Shown here piece by piece: positions 1-11,299 of a DNA stretch of 64,000 nt. The stretch is from contig NC_052158.1 of NCBI RefSeq assembly GCF_902713615.1, forward strand, positions 45,719,159 through 45,783,158, read 5' to 3'. This DNA is from Scyliorhinus canicula (Eukaryota). The position numbers and the translations under genes are program-made. Below the pieces are notes generated by a model. It did not search any database. It was not told where the DNA came from and saw only the letters and a program-made list of their open reading frames with translations. Within the stretch, counting starts at the first letter, position 1. Every line of letters begins with the position of its first letter.

Positions 1-55
1 TTATTGTCACGAGTAGGCTTCAATGAAGTTACTGTGAAAAGCCCCTAGTCGCACT
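1..55 (-). mobile_element. 3' end of tRNA-derived SINE (same family as 18812-18990)
   Basis: Reverse complement of the 3' part of the 18812-18990 copy (ttattgtcacgagtaggcttcaatgaagttactgtgaaaagcccctagtcgc). Confidence 0.75.
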
Positions 56-129
56 AGGGGACAATCAATGTCCACAGGCTGTACTCCAGGTCAGTACCTG
101 GAGGATTGGAGGGAATGAGCAGAAAACAG

Positions 130-830
130 CTTGTATTTATAGAGCACTTTAATATAGTCAAACAACCCAAAGTGTTTCATAGAGACGTAATCAGAGCAAA
201 ATTAACACAGAGAAAAAGGAGATATTAGGAGGGTATGATCAAAAAATATGGTCAAAGAGGGATTTAAGGAGGATGCTTTATTAGGGAAAGAGATAAAGAT
301 TCAGAGGTTTAAAGAGGGAATTCATGAGCATGGAGCCTGGATGGCTGAAGACACAGCCGGCAATGGTGAAGTGAAGGAAGTGGGGAATGTACAAAAGGCC
401 AGAACTGGAGGAGCACAGAGATCTTGAAGGGAGATGGTGCTGGTTGTGACAGAGGTAGGAGGAGGGTGAGGACGTTGAGCAATTTGTACATGAGCAGAAA
501 ATTTTAAGTTTGGGGGACTGGTAACTAGTGTAGATCAGTGAGCACAGGGGTGATGGGTATGAGTTAGGATAGAGACCGCAGAGTTTTAGCTGACCTGAAG
601 TTTCTGGAGGGTGGAAAGCTGGACAGGAGAGCATTGGAATGGTCTAGCCTAGTCGAGTAGCAACAACAGTATACGAGGATTTCAACAGCAGATGGACTAG
701 TGCAGGTGGGGGTGTTGGAAATGGGTGCTGTTACAGAGGGGGAAATAGGAGAACTTTGTGATGGAGAGGGTATGAGGTTGGAAACTCAGCTGGAGGTTGA
801 AGAGGATGATGCTGACAATTGTTCGAAATG
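130..830 (-). mobile_element. Old L2-type LINE 3' fragment
   Basis: Purine-rich + strand resembling recalled vertebrate L2 3' region (gtcaaagagg..tttaaggagg..agggaattc..gcctggatggctgaag); no intact ORF. Confidence 0.55.
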
Positions 831-859
831 AGAGTGGAGAGGGAAATTGAGAGGAATTT

Positions 860-960
860 TAAAAAATTTTTTTACAGTACCCAATAATTTTTTTCCAATT
901 AAGGGGCAATTTCTCATGGCCACTTCACCTACCCTGCACATCATTGGGTTGTGGGGGTGA
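860..960 (-). mobile_element. HE1-like SINE fragment
   Basis: aaggggcaattt..catggcca.ttcacctaccctgcacatc core shared with many copies in the window. Confidence 0.7.
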
Positions 961-1132
961 AAAGATTGAGAGGAATTTAATGAAAGCAGAAACTGGAGTC
1001 ACTCCTTGATCTATCAATCAGTTTTGAAATTTTCAGTTGAACCCCAACATCAGCAGATTTTTGTGGGGACAGAGTTCCAGATTTCCAGTCCCCTTTTTGT
1101 GAAGTGTTTGCCGACATCACCCCTGAATAGCC

Positions 1133-1533
1133 TGTCATAATATCCACTCATGTATATCATGAGATGCAGACAGGCAGTGATTGACACACAGGATAACCAA
1201 TGAACACACACGACACAGAATAACTAATCACCAGACAGGACACCACAACTATAAAGCCCACAGGGCATTAAGGCTCTCCCTCTCTCACAGGACATGGCTA
1301 GGGAGATAATCGCAGTTCACAGGCCAATGAACATCATCACCATGTGATAGAGAGCTAGTCTGGTCAAGCCAGTAGGAGGTTATCAGTTAAGTTAATAGAG
1401 TGTCAACCCACAGATTATGTACAGAAATCAACAGGTAAAAAAAGTGTTGGACCATCTCCTGTGTCGGAAGCCTGTTTCTCCTTTTACTGCATCCAATTGC
1501 AGTCGATGTTAGACCAACACAGATAACACATCA
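1133..1533 (+). mobile_element. Solo LTR (~400 bp) inserted in an old CR1 3' fragment
   Basis: TG...CA termini, 5-bp TSD TAGCC at 1128-1132 and 1534-1538, TATA-like ctataaa inside. Confidence 0.8.
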
Positions 1534-1790
1534 TAGCCGAGCTCTAATTTTGATGCTCCATCCCCTTGTTGTGGACACTCTCACCAGAGAATTTGTTTCT
1601 CTCCACCTACACATTTTATCATCATAAATTACCCATTGATTTTCCATGTGACATGGATCTCTGTAACCATTGGTGGGTTTGTGTGATGGCAACAAGGGTT
1701 GTGTCAATAAATTTCTGTGTCATTTCTCACCATGGGAACTGGGAGGCAGACTAAATCACTGGGATTTTAAAGAAACTTCTGTCTGTAGTA

Positions 1791-2099
1791 TTAATAATAA
1801 TAATAATCTTTATTATCACAAGTCGGCTTACATTAACACTGCAAAGTTACTATGAAAAGCCCCGAGTCGCCATATTTCAGCGCCTGTTCGGGTACACGGA
1901 GGGAGAATTCAGAATGCCCAATTCACCTAACAGCACGTCTTTTGGGACTCGTAGGAGGAAACTGGAGCACCCGGAGGAAACCCACGTAGACACAGGGAGA
2001 ACGTGCAGCCTCCGGGCAGACGCTGATCCAAGCCGGGAATCGAACCTGGGACCCTGGCACTGTGAAGCAATAGTGCTATCCACTGTGCTACACTGCCGC
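1791..2099 (-). mobile_element. tRNA-derived SINE
   Basis: B-box-like head (ccaggttcgattcccggc on - strand), HE1-like core, (TTA)n tail. Confidence 0.85.
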
Positions 2100-2189
2100 T
2101 ATTTAGAGAGAGTTTCCCCTGACGAGGGTGTGTGCGAGTGGGTATAGAGTAGAATCGGACCCTGCTTTAGACGGTATGTGAATTATATT

Positions 2190-4060
2190 CAGATGCTCTT
2201 CAGGTGACGGGTATTTGACTAATACCATGGGTAATATTTGTACTCTCCTGTCTGGGAGGACAACTACCGTGACTATGGTGAGGGAGTGGGGTGAGTCTCT
2301 GCAGACCTACATTCCCACAGCCCAGCACACCTCGATGCAATAACAGTCGGATATCATAGAATCCCTACAGTGCAGAAGGAGGCCATTCGGTCCATCTAGT
2401 CTGCACTGACCCTCTGACTAAGGGGCGTTATAGCTAGGCCAATCCACCGAACCTGCACATCTTTGGACTGTGGGAGGAAACCTATGCAGACGCAGGGAGA
2501 GTGTGCAAACTCCCATGGTCGGAATTGAACCCAGGTCTCTGGCACTGAGGCAGCAGTACTAACCATTGTGCCACCATGCCGCCCTTGCTTACCTTACACT
2601 CTTCCAAATGCATTTCATGTCCTGGGAAAGGTCTTGAATTATTTTCAAATGCTTTTGTTATTTTGGTTAATTCAAAGTTTGGTGTAAGTTGACTATTGTG
2701 TTGTTGTTTGTCTGCTGTTTTATCAATCTTCTGTATCGATTTATAACACAATAAATTCATGTTTTTAACTACCTGTGTTTTCAGCATGATGTGTTCCTAT
2801 TCACTGAAACATGCAGGAGCCTATAGTCAGACTCCTGTACACAATATATTGGCCAATGTCACTGTGGCTGGTATACTTTCTCCATCAATGGGTTTATCAT
2901 TTCCAATTCACAGGAAGAACATTTCCCGATGAAAGAAAGACTTTCATTTTTACATCAAGTTTAAGAAACTCTCTGCATCTAAATCACTTTACAGCTGATG
3001 AGGAAATTTTTGAAGCATAGAATATGTGACTTGAATCCAGAACCATAGACTCCGAGACAAAAGTACTAACTGAGCCAAGGCTGACAATAACTTTGAATAC
3101 TTCTGTTGTATCAGATTTAGCTTCAAAGGGGTTAAGTCCCAAGGCTGTGTACAGAATGTTTTCCCCTCTGTCAAGTGGCAGCCTGAAAGTTGGATTTGAT
3201 TTAAAGTGGCAACTAATTTGAGCTTTGTTGTCTTTGTGTTGTCTTTGTGCCTGGGTTGCTGAGGAGGTGTTGTTTATTGATGTCCATGTTTCTCTGAGGC
3301 AGCTCACACAGAGAAGCTAGAGGTATGTTGAAGAACTGTTTCGGGAACTGGCTACACCTGGAAGTGGATCACATTATTCCCCAGAGAGAGAATGGTGACA
3401 ATCATCCTCGAGTACTGTACATCGAACAATATCTCTTAAACAAGGCTTAGGTTGAGACAGTGCAGGAGAGGAACTGAGAGGAGATGAATGGAGCGGGACA
3501 TCCCAGGAGAGGATGAACAGGCCAGACCAGGTCACCCTGGGAGAGGTGAATGGAGCGGGACATCTCAGGACACAAACCGGACAAGATGAATTTTAAGCCT
3601 CGAAAATTGAAGCTAAGGGGTGCTGAATTTCTTCAGGAGATGACCCGAGGATGGGGCAGGGCTATCATATTCTTGTATTCTCCCAGTCATTGGTGATCCC
3701 TTCTGTCTTCCTTTCATTATATGCCCCTCTCCTGTGCATGAACTGATCCCACCACTGCACATCATTGCTGACCTTATCATCCCACACTGATGTTGTCAGT
3801 TTGAAAGCCTCTGAGGATGAAGAATGTGATTCTCACCCAAGATGTCTCTGTCAAACATTTGTCAGGGAAGTAGCAGTTTTCTTTTTAAAAAGATGGCTGA
3901 AGATTCCCATGAATTTCAACCCATAATATCCACACTAATGTTCAGGCAGTCTAACTATCCTGTGGGCAATCAGGTGTGGAAATGCCCCTTATGCTGTGTG
4001 AGAAGATCCAGCTCAGAGACCTGTTTACTCGGTGCTTTGTGCTGAGCTGTTTGATTGGAG
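2190..4060 (+). repeat. Inverted paralog of the ZNF-A upstream region (14310-19450)
   Basis: Collinear blocks: 2215-2345~rc19262-19432; 2590-2945~rc18705-19250; 3260-3297~rc15744-15781; 3725-3870~rc14740-14825/15600-15625; 3924-4058~rc14300-14434. Confidence 0.8.
2356..2584 (-). mobile_element. HE1-like SINE (internally deleted)
   Basis: Tail atagaatccctacagtgcagaaggaggccattcgg plus tRNA-like head. Confidence 0.85.
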
Positions 4061-5378
4061 CAAACCCAACCCGGGAAAAAGGGCCTGAAAGTTGGGATTT
4101 CCGTTCCAGGTCAGTGGAATAACTTGGAAGTCTGGCTATGTGACCCTGGAATGAATGAGGAGGATAGTTGGTGGAAGGTCTGTCTCAAAGTTTTAAAAAC
4201 TAAGAAGCATAAAACAGCGGTCATTCCTCATACACTCCCCATAACTCATCCAAACCAACCAATGTCCCAGCCTCCCCCCATAGCCTGTGCCCTCGACTCA
4301 TGGCTCCTCATACCCTCTATTCCAACCTCTGCCCCCACCTCCTCCACATGCCGCTTTATAGCCTCTATGCCAACTGAACGTCAACTAAAACCACCTCATG
4401 TCCACCACCCATTGCCCTTAAACCACCCATACTAACTCACCCACTATGCACAATGGCAGACATCAGGACCCATATTGCCATTAAATTAAATAAAAGTTCC
4501 AAATGTAAAACTTTTTATATTAACAAAAAAATTACTACATTTAAATTGATCAATTGCATTCTAACCACAAGCATTTATTTCAATTACATCCCCCATAAAA
4601 GCAATTTACAGTCTTAACTTCAAAGTGTCCACAACCATTTGGAGCTGACAATGAAGGTGTGAAATAGCAGGCACTCTACTGTGGTAACAGATGGTTGTGA
4701 AACCTGCCATGGAACACAAATCCAGTCAAGGCTTCTATCAACAGAGTGAAAGGCTCCAAACAGTTTTGTTGAAGGCAAGAGTTTTACATTTCTTTTGAGT
4801 TTGTCAGCTCCCTTTAACACTTCACCTTAACATTTTTGGCAATTGTTCTTGAAAGTTCCAATGAGCTCTCAGTTATGTGGATCTATGCAATTTAAACACA
4901 CATTCATGCCTAATTTTAGTGTTCTCAAAAGACGTCTTACTTTTCCCAAACTGCAGCTTACCTCCCCCAAAGCTGTCAATGTCCAAAAGGATACCATTCC
5001 ACACCGCAAGGGTACCCAATCTATCCAAATTAATCCAGAAATTTTTGTCCAGCTCCTAGCAGGTCAAATATGCACACATTAGGTTTCAATCACCTCTCAC
5101 CAGTAGATTCAGCTGCTGATTTCTCAGGACAACTGCCGAATGGATCATGCAAATCTTGATCCTAGCAATTCCTGGCCCCATGAAAATAGGAGGTGCTGTG
5201 ATCAGGTGGCATATGTGTAAGGGAGGGGGAAGAGAGAGAGACACTTCTAGATTCAGGCCTCTTCCGTCATTGTCCTTACTTCGTTGCAAAAACCCAGTCC
5301 AAAAAGAGAAAGATATTTCTCATGATGAAGAAGGAGGCAGGAAAATGAGGTTGAGGTGACAGTGTTGCAGGAGGAACC

Positions 5379-6199
5379 CTAATTCCTTCTGTGTCTCCCC
5401 AGTCCCCATGGCGTGACCTCTCCTGTACCAGAGGGATGTCCAGTAGCAGATGTCTCTGCACTGGTCTGCGGCTGACCAGAAGGTGCAGGCGCTACAGTCC
5501 GAGACAGAATCTTACTCATTTCATTCAGAGTTTCATTACTTCTTTGCAGGAGCTGACAAAGAACCTCATTCTGCTGTCTCAAAACCTCATTCTGCTGCTG
5601 AAGAATCTCATTGTTTCTTTGTAGATACTGGTTTTGAATCTCACTCTGCTGTCTCAACACCTCATTCTGCTGCTGAAGAATCTCATTGTTTCTTTCCAGG
5701 CTCTGGCTAACATCTGTCTTAAATTCAGTCAAAGTTTGCTGAAGCAAGTTAGAAGTGACCTGATAACTTTCTGTACTTTGAACCTGTTCCTGATGTAAGC
5801 GCTCAAAAGGTTTCAAATAATCTTCATTTTCTTCACCAGCAACATGGGCCTGGTGTTGTCCGTGTGCTGGTGGAGACGGTGGAGATTCTGCTCCCAAAGC
5901 CAGAGGTTCCTCACCACCAGAAGGTTCTGATCGCTCTCCCTCCACCACAGCAGCCAGAGCATCACAGGCCTCCTTCTTCACACAAACCACAATATTTAAC
6001 TTTAACTCATCAACACTACCCTCCAAATCAGACATCTTATCCTCCTGACACTCCTCTCCCTCCTCCACTGCAGCTGCCATGCCACATTGCTGTGAGGTAT
6101 TCACCTCCGTCCCTTCCTCATCAGCCCTTTCAGGAATCTCGGACGCTGCTGCCAACTCTCCTCCATCACCATCTGATGTGTCCATGAACACCCGTGTAT
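5379..6199 (-). CDS. Terminal coding exon of an acidic / coiled-coil protein (putative Harbinger Myb-like-protein C-terminal region)
   Basis: 270-codon ORF, acceptor ttttcttcctctgacAG at 6201-6200, heptad repeats NEILQQQ/NEVLRQQ, phase matches the upstream exon. Confidence 0.65.
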
Positions 6200-6287
6200 C
6201 TGTCAGAGGAAGAAAATCAGAATGTTATCTTTGTCACATAAATTAACTCTCCTCTTGATGATTTGAACATTGAGCTGCTGACATCAC

Positions 6288-6441
6288 CTTCGCTCATCCC
6301 CATATCTGATCCACCATTGGTTATCGTGGGGTTGGAGAGGCCAAACAGCTTCCTTGTGAACACCTGTTCAGTCGGCTCCTTGATGTACGGAACCCGCCCT
6401 CCAGTCAACGAGAGCTCCTGGGTGTTATGGACCAGATTTAC
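6288..6441 (-). CDS. Internal coding exon VNLVHNTQELSLTGGRVPYIKEPTEQVFTRKLFG...MSE
   Basis: Acceptor ttttattttatacctttAG (6443-6442), donor AAG|GTGATG (6287), 154 nt open frame; resembles the 'KxAHNxxExxxTGGGxPxIxxLT' segment after Myb/SANT domains in Harbinger-type proteins (recalled motif). Confidence 0.6.
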
Positions 6442-7077
6442 CTAAAGGTATAAAATAAAAATGAATCATGGCCAAGGCTTTGCTGTGCTGTCTTGTGACA
6501 CATTTTCCAAGTGTGGGAGACAGTTTTCAGCCTGCACCCAGGGGGACTTCTGATTGGAAATCAATCTTATGACAAAGTCAGAGCCATCTCCAAGGCAACT
6601 GCATTTTAGAACACCTCAGAAAATAATCTTTTAAAAAATCTTGTGATCTTTCTGTATTTTCAATGAGGATTAAAATTTCAAAAATTAACATATGTATTTA
6701 ATATTCAGATATTGCCCTCTTGTCCAACACAGGGAAACCTGTGCATAAACAGGAGCTTCTATGCATATTATGACTTCTTTTGATGATATTTGGCGATCTG
6801 GTCAAAGATTACATTAACCTTGAAATGCCTGGATTGACGGTGGGAGAGGTTGGAGACAGACACTGCTGAGACAGACAGTGCTTTGGAAGGACAGCTCCCC
6901 TGTGTGAGCACTGGAGGGTAAACAACACTGACAACTCTCCGTGTAAGGGAAACAGGTGAGCCTCAGTATGAATGCGCTGGTGTCTGTAGAGGTCTGATGA
7001 CCGTGAGAATGATTTGTCGCATACCTCTCACGTGACTGGTTCCTCACTGGTGTGAATGTGCTGGTGTGTGCAGAGGG

Positions 7078-7956
7078 TCAATGATTCAGGGAATGATTTG
7101 TTACATACTGTGCAAACACATCGGTGTACACGGAAGCCAATGAGTCTGAAAATAATTGGTCACGTACCTTGAATGGTAAGGGTTTCTCCCCTGTATGAAC
7201 ACGTTGGTGTGATAGAAGATGAGAGGATCGGTTGAAAGCTTTTCTACAATAGTCACACTTGAACGGTTTCTTTCTCTCCACTGTGTGAATGTGTCGGTGT
7301 TTACGAAGGGTCGATAAATCCACAAATGATTTGTCACACACCTCACACGCGAGCGGTTTCTCCCCTGTGTGAACACATTGGTGTGACAGAAGATGGGAGA
7401 ATTGGTTGAAAGTGTTCCTACAAAAATCACACCTGAACGGTTTCTCCCCTGTGTGAACGCGTTGGTGTTTCGAGAGGGTCGTTGAATCCACAAATGATTT
7501 GTTACACAACTGGCACTTGAATGGCTTCAACCCTGTGTGCATGGCATTGTGTCGATGGAGTGTCGATGGCATTGAGAATGATTTGTCACACACCTCGCAC
7601 TTGAATGGTTTCTCCCTTGTGTGAGTGCCTTTGTGTTGACGGAGGGTCGATGAATCCGAGAATGATTTGTCACACACCTCGCATGTAAATGGTTTCTCCC
7701 CTGTGTGAATGCGTTGGTGTCTACGGAGGGTCGATGACACCGAGAAAGATTTGTAACACAAGAAGCACGTGAACGGTTTCTCTCCTGTGTGAACACGTTG
7801 GTGTACACGGAGGGTCGATAAATTTGAGAATGACTTGTTACACACCTCGCACCTGAAGGGCTTCTCCTGTGTGTGAACCTTCTGGTGCCTGAGGAGGCTC
7901 ATGGATGTCACAAAACCTTCATCACAGACCTCACACTTGAATCGTTTCCACTCCAT
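7078..7956 (-). CDS. C2H2 zinc finger protein ZNF-A (9 intact fingers)
   Basis: CxxC-x12-HxxxH repeats with TGEKP-type linkers; in-frame donor AAG|GTACGT at 7168/7167 after finger 9. Confidence 0.92.
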   Translation of the reverse strand: MEWKRFKCEVCDEGFVTSMSLLRHQKVHTQEKPFRCEVCNKSFSNLSTLRVHQRVHTGEKPFTCFLCYKSFSVSSTLRRHQRIHTGEKPFTCEVCDKSFSDSSTLRQHKGTHTREKPFKCEVCDKSFSMPSTLHRHNAMHTGLKPFKCQLCNKSFVDSTTLSKHQRVHTGEKPFRCDFCRNTFNQFSHLLSHQCVHTGEKPLACEVCDKSFVDLSTLRKHRHIHTVERKKPFKCDYCRKAFNRSSHLLSHQRVHTGEKPLPFKVRDQLFSDSLASVYTDVFAQYVTNHSLNH

Positions 7957-8427
7957 GTGGCTGCCCTTGTGCTAATGGTGGTTCTTGCAGATGCACCTTG
8001 TGTGTTAGAAGATCTTATTGGCTTGTGGAGCCTCTCAAACAAAAAACTGATAGTTCAACAGCTCACCATAGAAATGAGTCATGAGGCTTGATGAATGATT
8101 GAAGCTCTCACCTCATTTGGAGTCCACTCACACTTCTTCCCAGCATCACCCTTACCAAACACCCACAGCAGAACCTTCAGAAAGATTGGTTCTGATGGAA
8201 GGCTCCACACCACTGACCAGTTTCTGATCTGATGATATGTCAAAGCTCCCCTGCCCTGACCAATTTCCAGATGATGGTTTTGCTGCCCAACCTTCTCTGT
8301 ATTGAGCAATGCTGTGAAGGGACTGGATGTCTTCCCACAGATGTGCAGTTGTTCCTTGGGTGATGATCAGGATGTATCTGTGGTGTGTATCCTCTCTGTA
8401 TTCTCTGGTGATGTACGATGCAGTCTA
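7957..8427 (-). other. Non-coding leader of the ZNF-A exon with relic fingers; splice acceptor at ~8428
   Basis: ttttcctgttttacAG acceptor, homologous to 23610-23935 and 59435-59900. Confidence 0.7.
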
Positions 8428-10420
8428 CTGTAAAACAGGAAAAGAAAACATGATTTCCTCCACCTCTCCTCATGTGCTGCTGAAGGGGATGACTGCTCAG
8501 TTTTTTTATTTACAGGATGTGCATTTTGCTAAGGAGGGCAGCATTTATTGACCAACTCCTGCCCTTGAAAAGGGGGTGGTGAACTGCTTTCTTTAACTGC
8601 TGCAGTTCATGTGGGATAGGTACACCCACAGTGCTCTTATCAAGGAAATTATCATTCTTATCATTCTGGGAGGTACTGAAGTGATGATGAGGCGGGGCGG
8701 GGGGGGGGGGGGGGGGGGGGGGGGATTATTGTGTCCAGGGCGCTCAAAGATAGGAAGGAGAGGGTGGCTAGGTAACAGCTGTTCAACTTCATACTGGAAG
8801 TGGACCGGCGGTACTCCACGGACCCAACTAGCGGGGAGGAAAAAGCTACAAATAGAGTTTGACCTGTTTTCCACTGGGAAAGTAGGGCGCTAGCTCTGCC
8901 AGACATGGGGGACCTTGTATGAACATGGAGGCAAGACCAATTGCCTGCTGGCTCACCAGCCAAAAAAGCAGGCAGCAATAAGGAAAATTGCTCAAGTAAA
9001 GATAGGAGCGGCAGATTAGTCGCAGCGCCAGAGCAGTTTAGCAAGATCTTGGCAACCTTCTGCCGAGAGCTGTACACCTCCAATCCCCCAGAGGGGGACT
9101 CAAAGATAATAACAATATTCTTCACTAGATTCACAAGTAGGCTTACATTAACATTGCAATTAAATTACTGTGAAAATCCCCTGTTGCCACACTCCATCAC
9201 CTATTCGGGTATACTGAGGGACAATTCACAACGTCCAATTCACCTTACAGCACATTGTTTGGGACTTGTGGGAGGAAACCGGAGCACTGGAAGAAATGCA
9301 TGCTGCCCAAAGATGAAGCAGTTCTCCGATGGACTGGGCATGCCGGTCATGGGGAAAGATAGGAGACGGGGCCTGGAACCACCATTAGAGCTGGGGGAAG
9401 TTGTAGAGAGCATGAACTCCATACAGTCAGGGAAGGCACCGGGGGCAGATGGGATCCTGGCAGATTTCTATTATAAACTTGCACCAGCACTGGCCCCGCA
9501 TTTGCGGAAGATGTTCGCTGACTCACTCCGCCACCAACGCTGGCTCAGGCCTCAATATCACTGATCCCCAAAAAAAACAAAGACCCGACAAGACTGCGAG
9601 TCCTTCAGGCACATCTCACTCTTTAATACTGACACCAAGATCCTATTTTTTGGAACAATAATAAACTTTACAAGGTCAGAAAGATAAAATAATTTACAAA
9701 ACATTCAATAAGTACAAAGTGCATGTGAATTAACAAGCCAACTTGGTCAAACACACAATACAAAATAAATTGCAGTGTCTAGACTTCTCAACAACCCACC
9801 CAGGTGTCAGCGGCACCGAGTCAACCAAACTCTTAGTCTCTCACATAAAGGATTCCAAATTTCCCCGTCAAAAGATTTTGTCTGGGAATTCTCGCCAAAT
9901 GCCACTCTATTAGTCTCCCGTTCCCTGGATTTGAATGTACATTCAATCACCAGATACAGGCACAACTTCAGTCACGCCGAGCAGAACTCTACTGATCCAA
10001 AAGGGTACCATTGCCCCCAGGGCTTGTAGTTGAGGTCACCAATCTTCAGCTGCCTTCTTGGATCTTCAAGGTTTCTCCGGAGCACTCTTCGAGTACCAGC
10101 GTCTCTCCCAAGCCCAGTGCACTTAAAGTCTACCACCCTCAGCCCTTTCTCTATTTGGAGCCTCTTACTCTCCTCATCTTTTTCCTCAACTTAACTGGGA
10201 CCTGCTTCAGTCCAATCTCCATCCCTTTCACAGGACTTCCTTTGGGGATCTCTCCCTGGTCCCCAGCCAGGGGCAATTCTAGTACTGGCATATTTCACCT
10301 GGTCACCTGACCCACATTCTCATGTCACTTTCCTTTTTCTTAATGCACATGCACACTAGGCCTGTCCTGGGCCCAGAGAATTAAAAGATGCAGAACTGCA
10401 CATATGCCACCTGCATACAC

Positions 10421-10748
10421 ACGGCACGGTAGCACAAATGATTAGCACTGTGGCTTCACAGCGCCAGGGTCCCAGGTTCGATTCCCTGCTGGGTCACTGT
10501 CTGTGCGGAGTCTGCACATTCTCCCCGTGTCTGCGTGGGTTTCCTCCGGGTGCTCCGGTTTCCTCCCACAGTCCAAAGACGTGCAGGTTAGGTGGATTGG
10601 CCATGCTAAATTGCCCTCAGTGACCAAAAAAGGTTAGATGGGGTTATTGGGTTACGGGGATAGGGTGGAAGTGAGGGCTTAAGTGGGTCGGTGCAGACTC
10701 GATGGGCTGAATGGCCTCCTTCTGCACTGCATGTTCTATGATCTATGA
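10421..10748 (+). mobile_element. HE1-like SINE, full length
   Basis: tRNA-like head, core, gttctatg tail. Confidence 0.9.
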
Positions 10749-11299
10749 AGATCATGGTGAAGGCCCTGATGAGGCAGCTGGAGAGCTGCTTGCCAGAGGT
10801 ACAGAGCAGAGCATCAGACAGGCTTTGTCAGGGGCAGACCGCTAAAGGCGAACCTCAGGCGCCTACTGAATGTGATCATGACCCCATCCAAGGAGAGAAC
10901 ATCAGAGGTGATCATCTCCCTGGAAGCAGAGAAAGCCTTTGACTGGGTCGAATGGAAGCGCCTCACTGGTACTGGACCGATTAAAGTTTGGGCCAACGTT
11001 CACAGCTTGGGTGAAACTACTGTACAGCGCTGCCAGGGCAAGCGTACAGACAAACTCCACCAGCTCTGGATACTTCCGACTGCACAGAGGCAGGAGGTAG
11101 AGGTGCCCATTGCTCCAGCTGCTGTTCGCTCTGGCAATTGGGCCACTGGCGATCGCCCTCAGAGCGGCGAAGGGGTGGAGAGGTATCAAAAGGGGAGACA
11201 GAGAGCATAGAGTCTCATGCCATGCAGATGACCTTTTCCTCTGCATCTCGAACCCCCCTGGCCAGCATGAAAGGGATAATGAAACTCCTAAAGAAGTTC

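Noticed and set aside
4060-5200. Possible decayed DNA-transposon body downstream of the tail ORF
   Set aside because: No TIR, TSD or transposase motif that I can support by eye
7101-7808. Alternative-frame ORFs over the finger arrays (also 22703-22999, 60184-60537)
   Set aside because: Expected shadow frames of repetitive C2H2 codons; no independent evidence
8240-8473. Shared peptide HQRIQRGxTPQIxPDxHPRNNCT as a novel effector domain
   Set aside because: Ends in a stop before the finger ORF and the ZNF-D copy has an internal stop; treated as non-coding leader
8695-8724. Long poly-G/C tracts (also ~13643, 30389, 34000, 39540, 50345)
   Set aside because: Mostly inside or beside LINE copies; homopolymer lengths may be sequencing artefacts, so no functional G4 claim
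10421-10500. tRNA-like sequences with A/B boxes (here and in many other places)
   Set aside because: They are SINE heads followed by SINE core and tail, not tRNA genes
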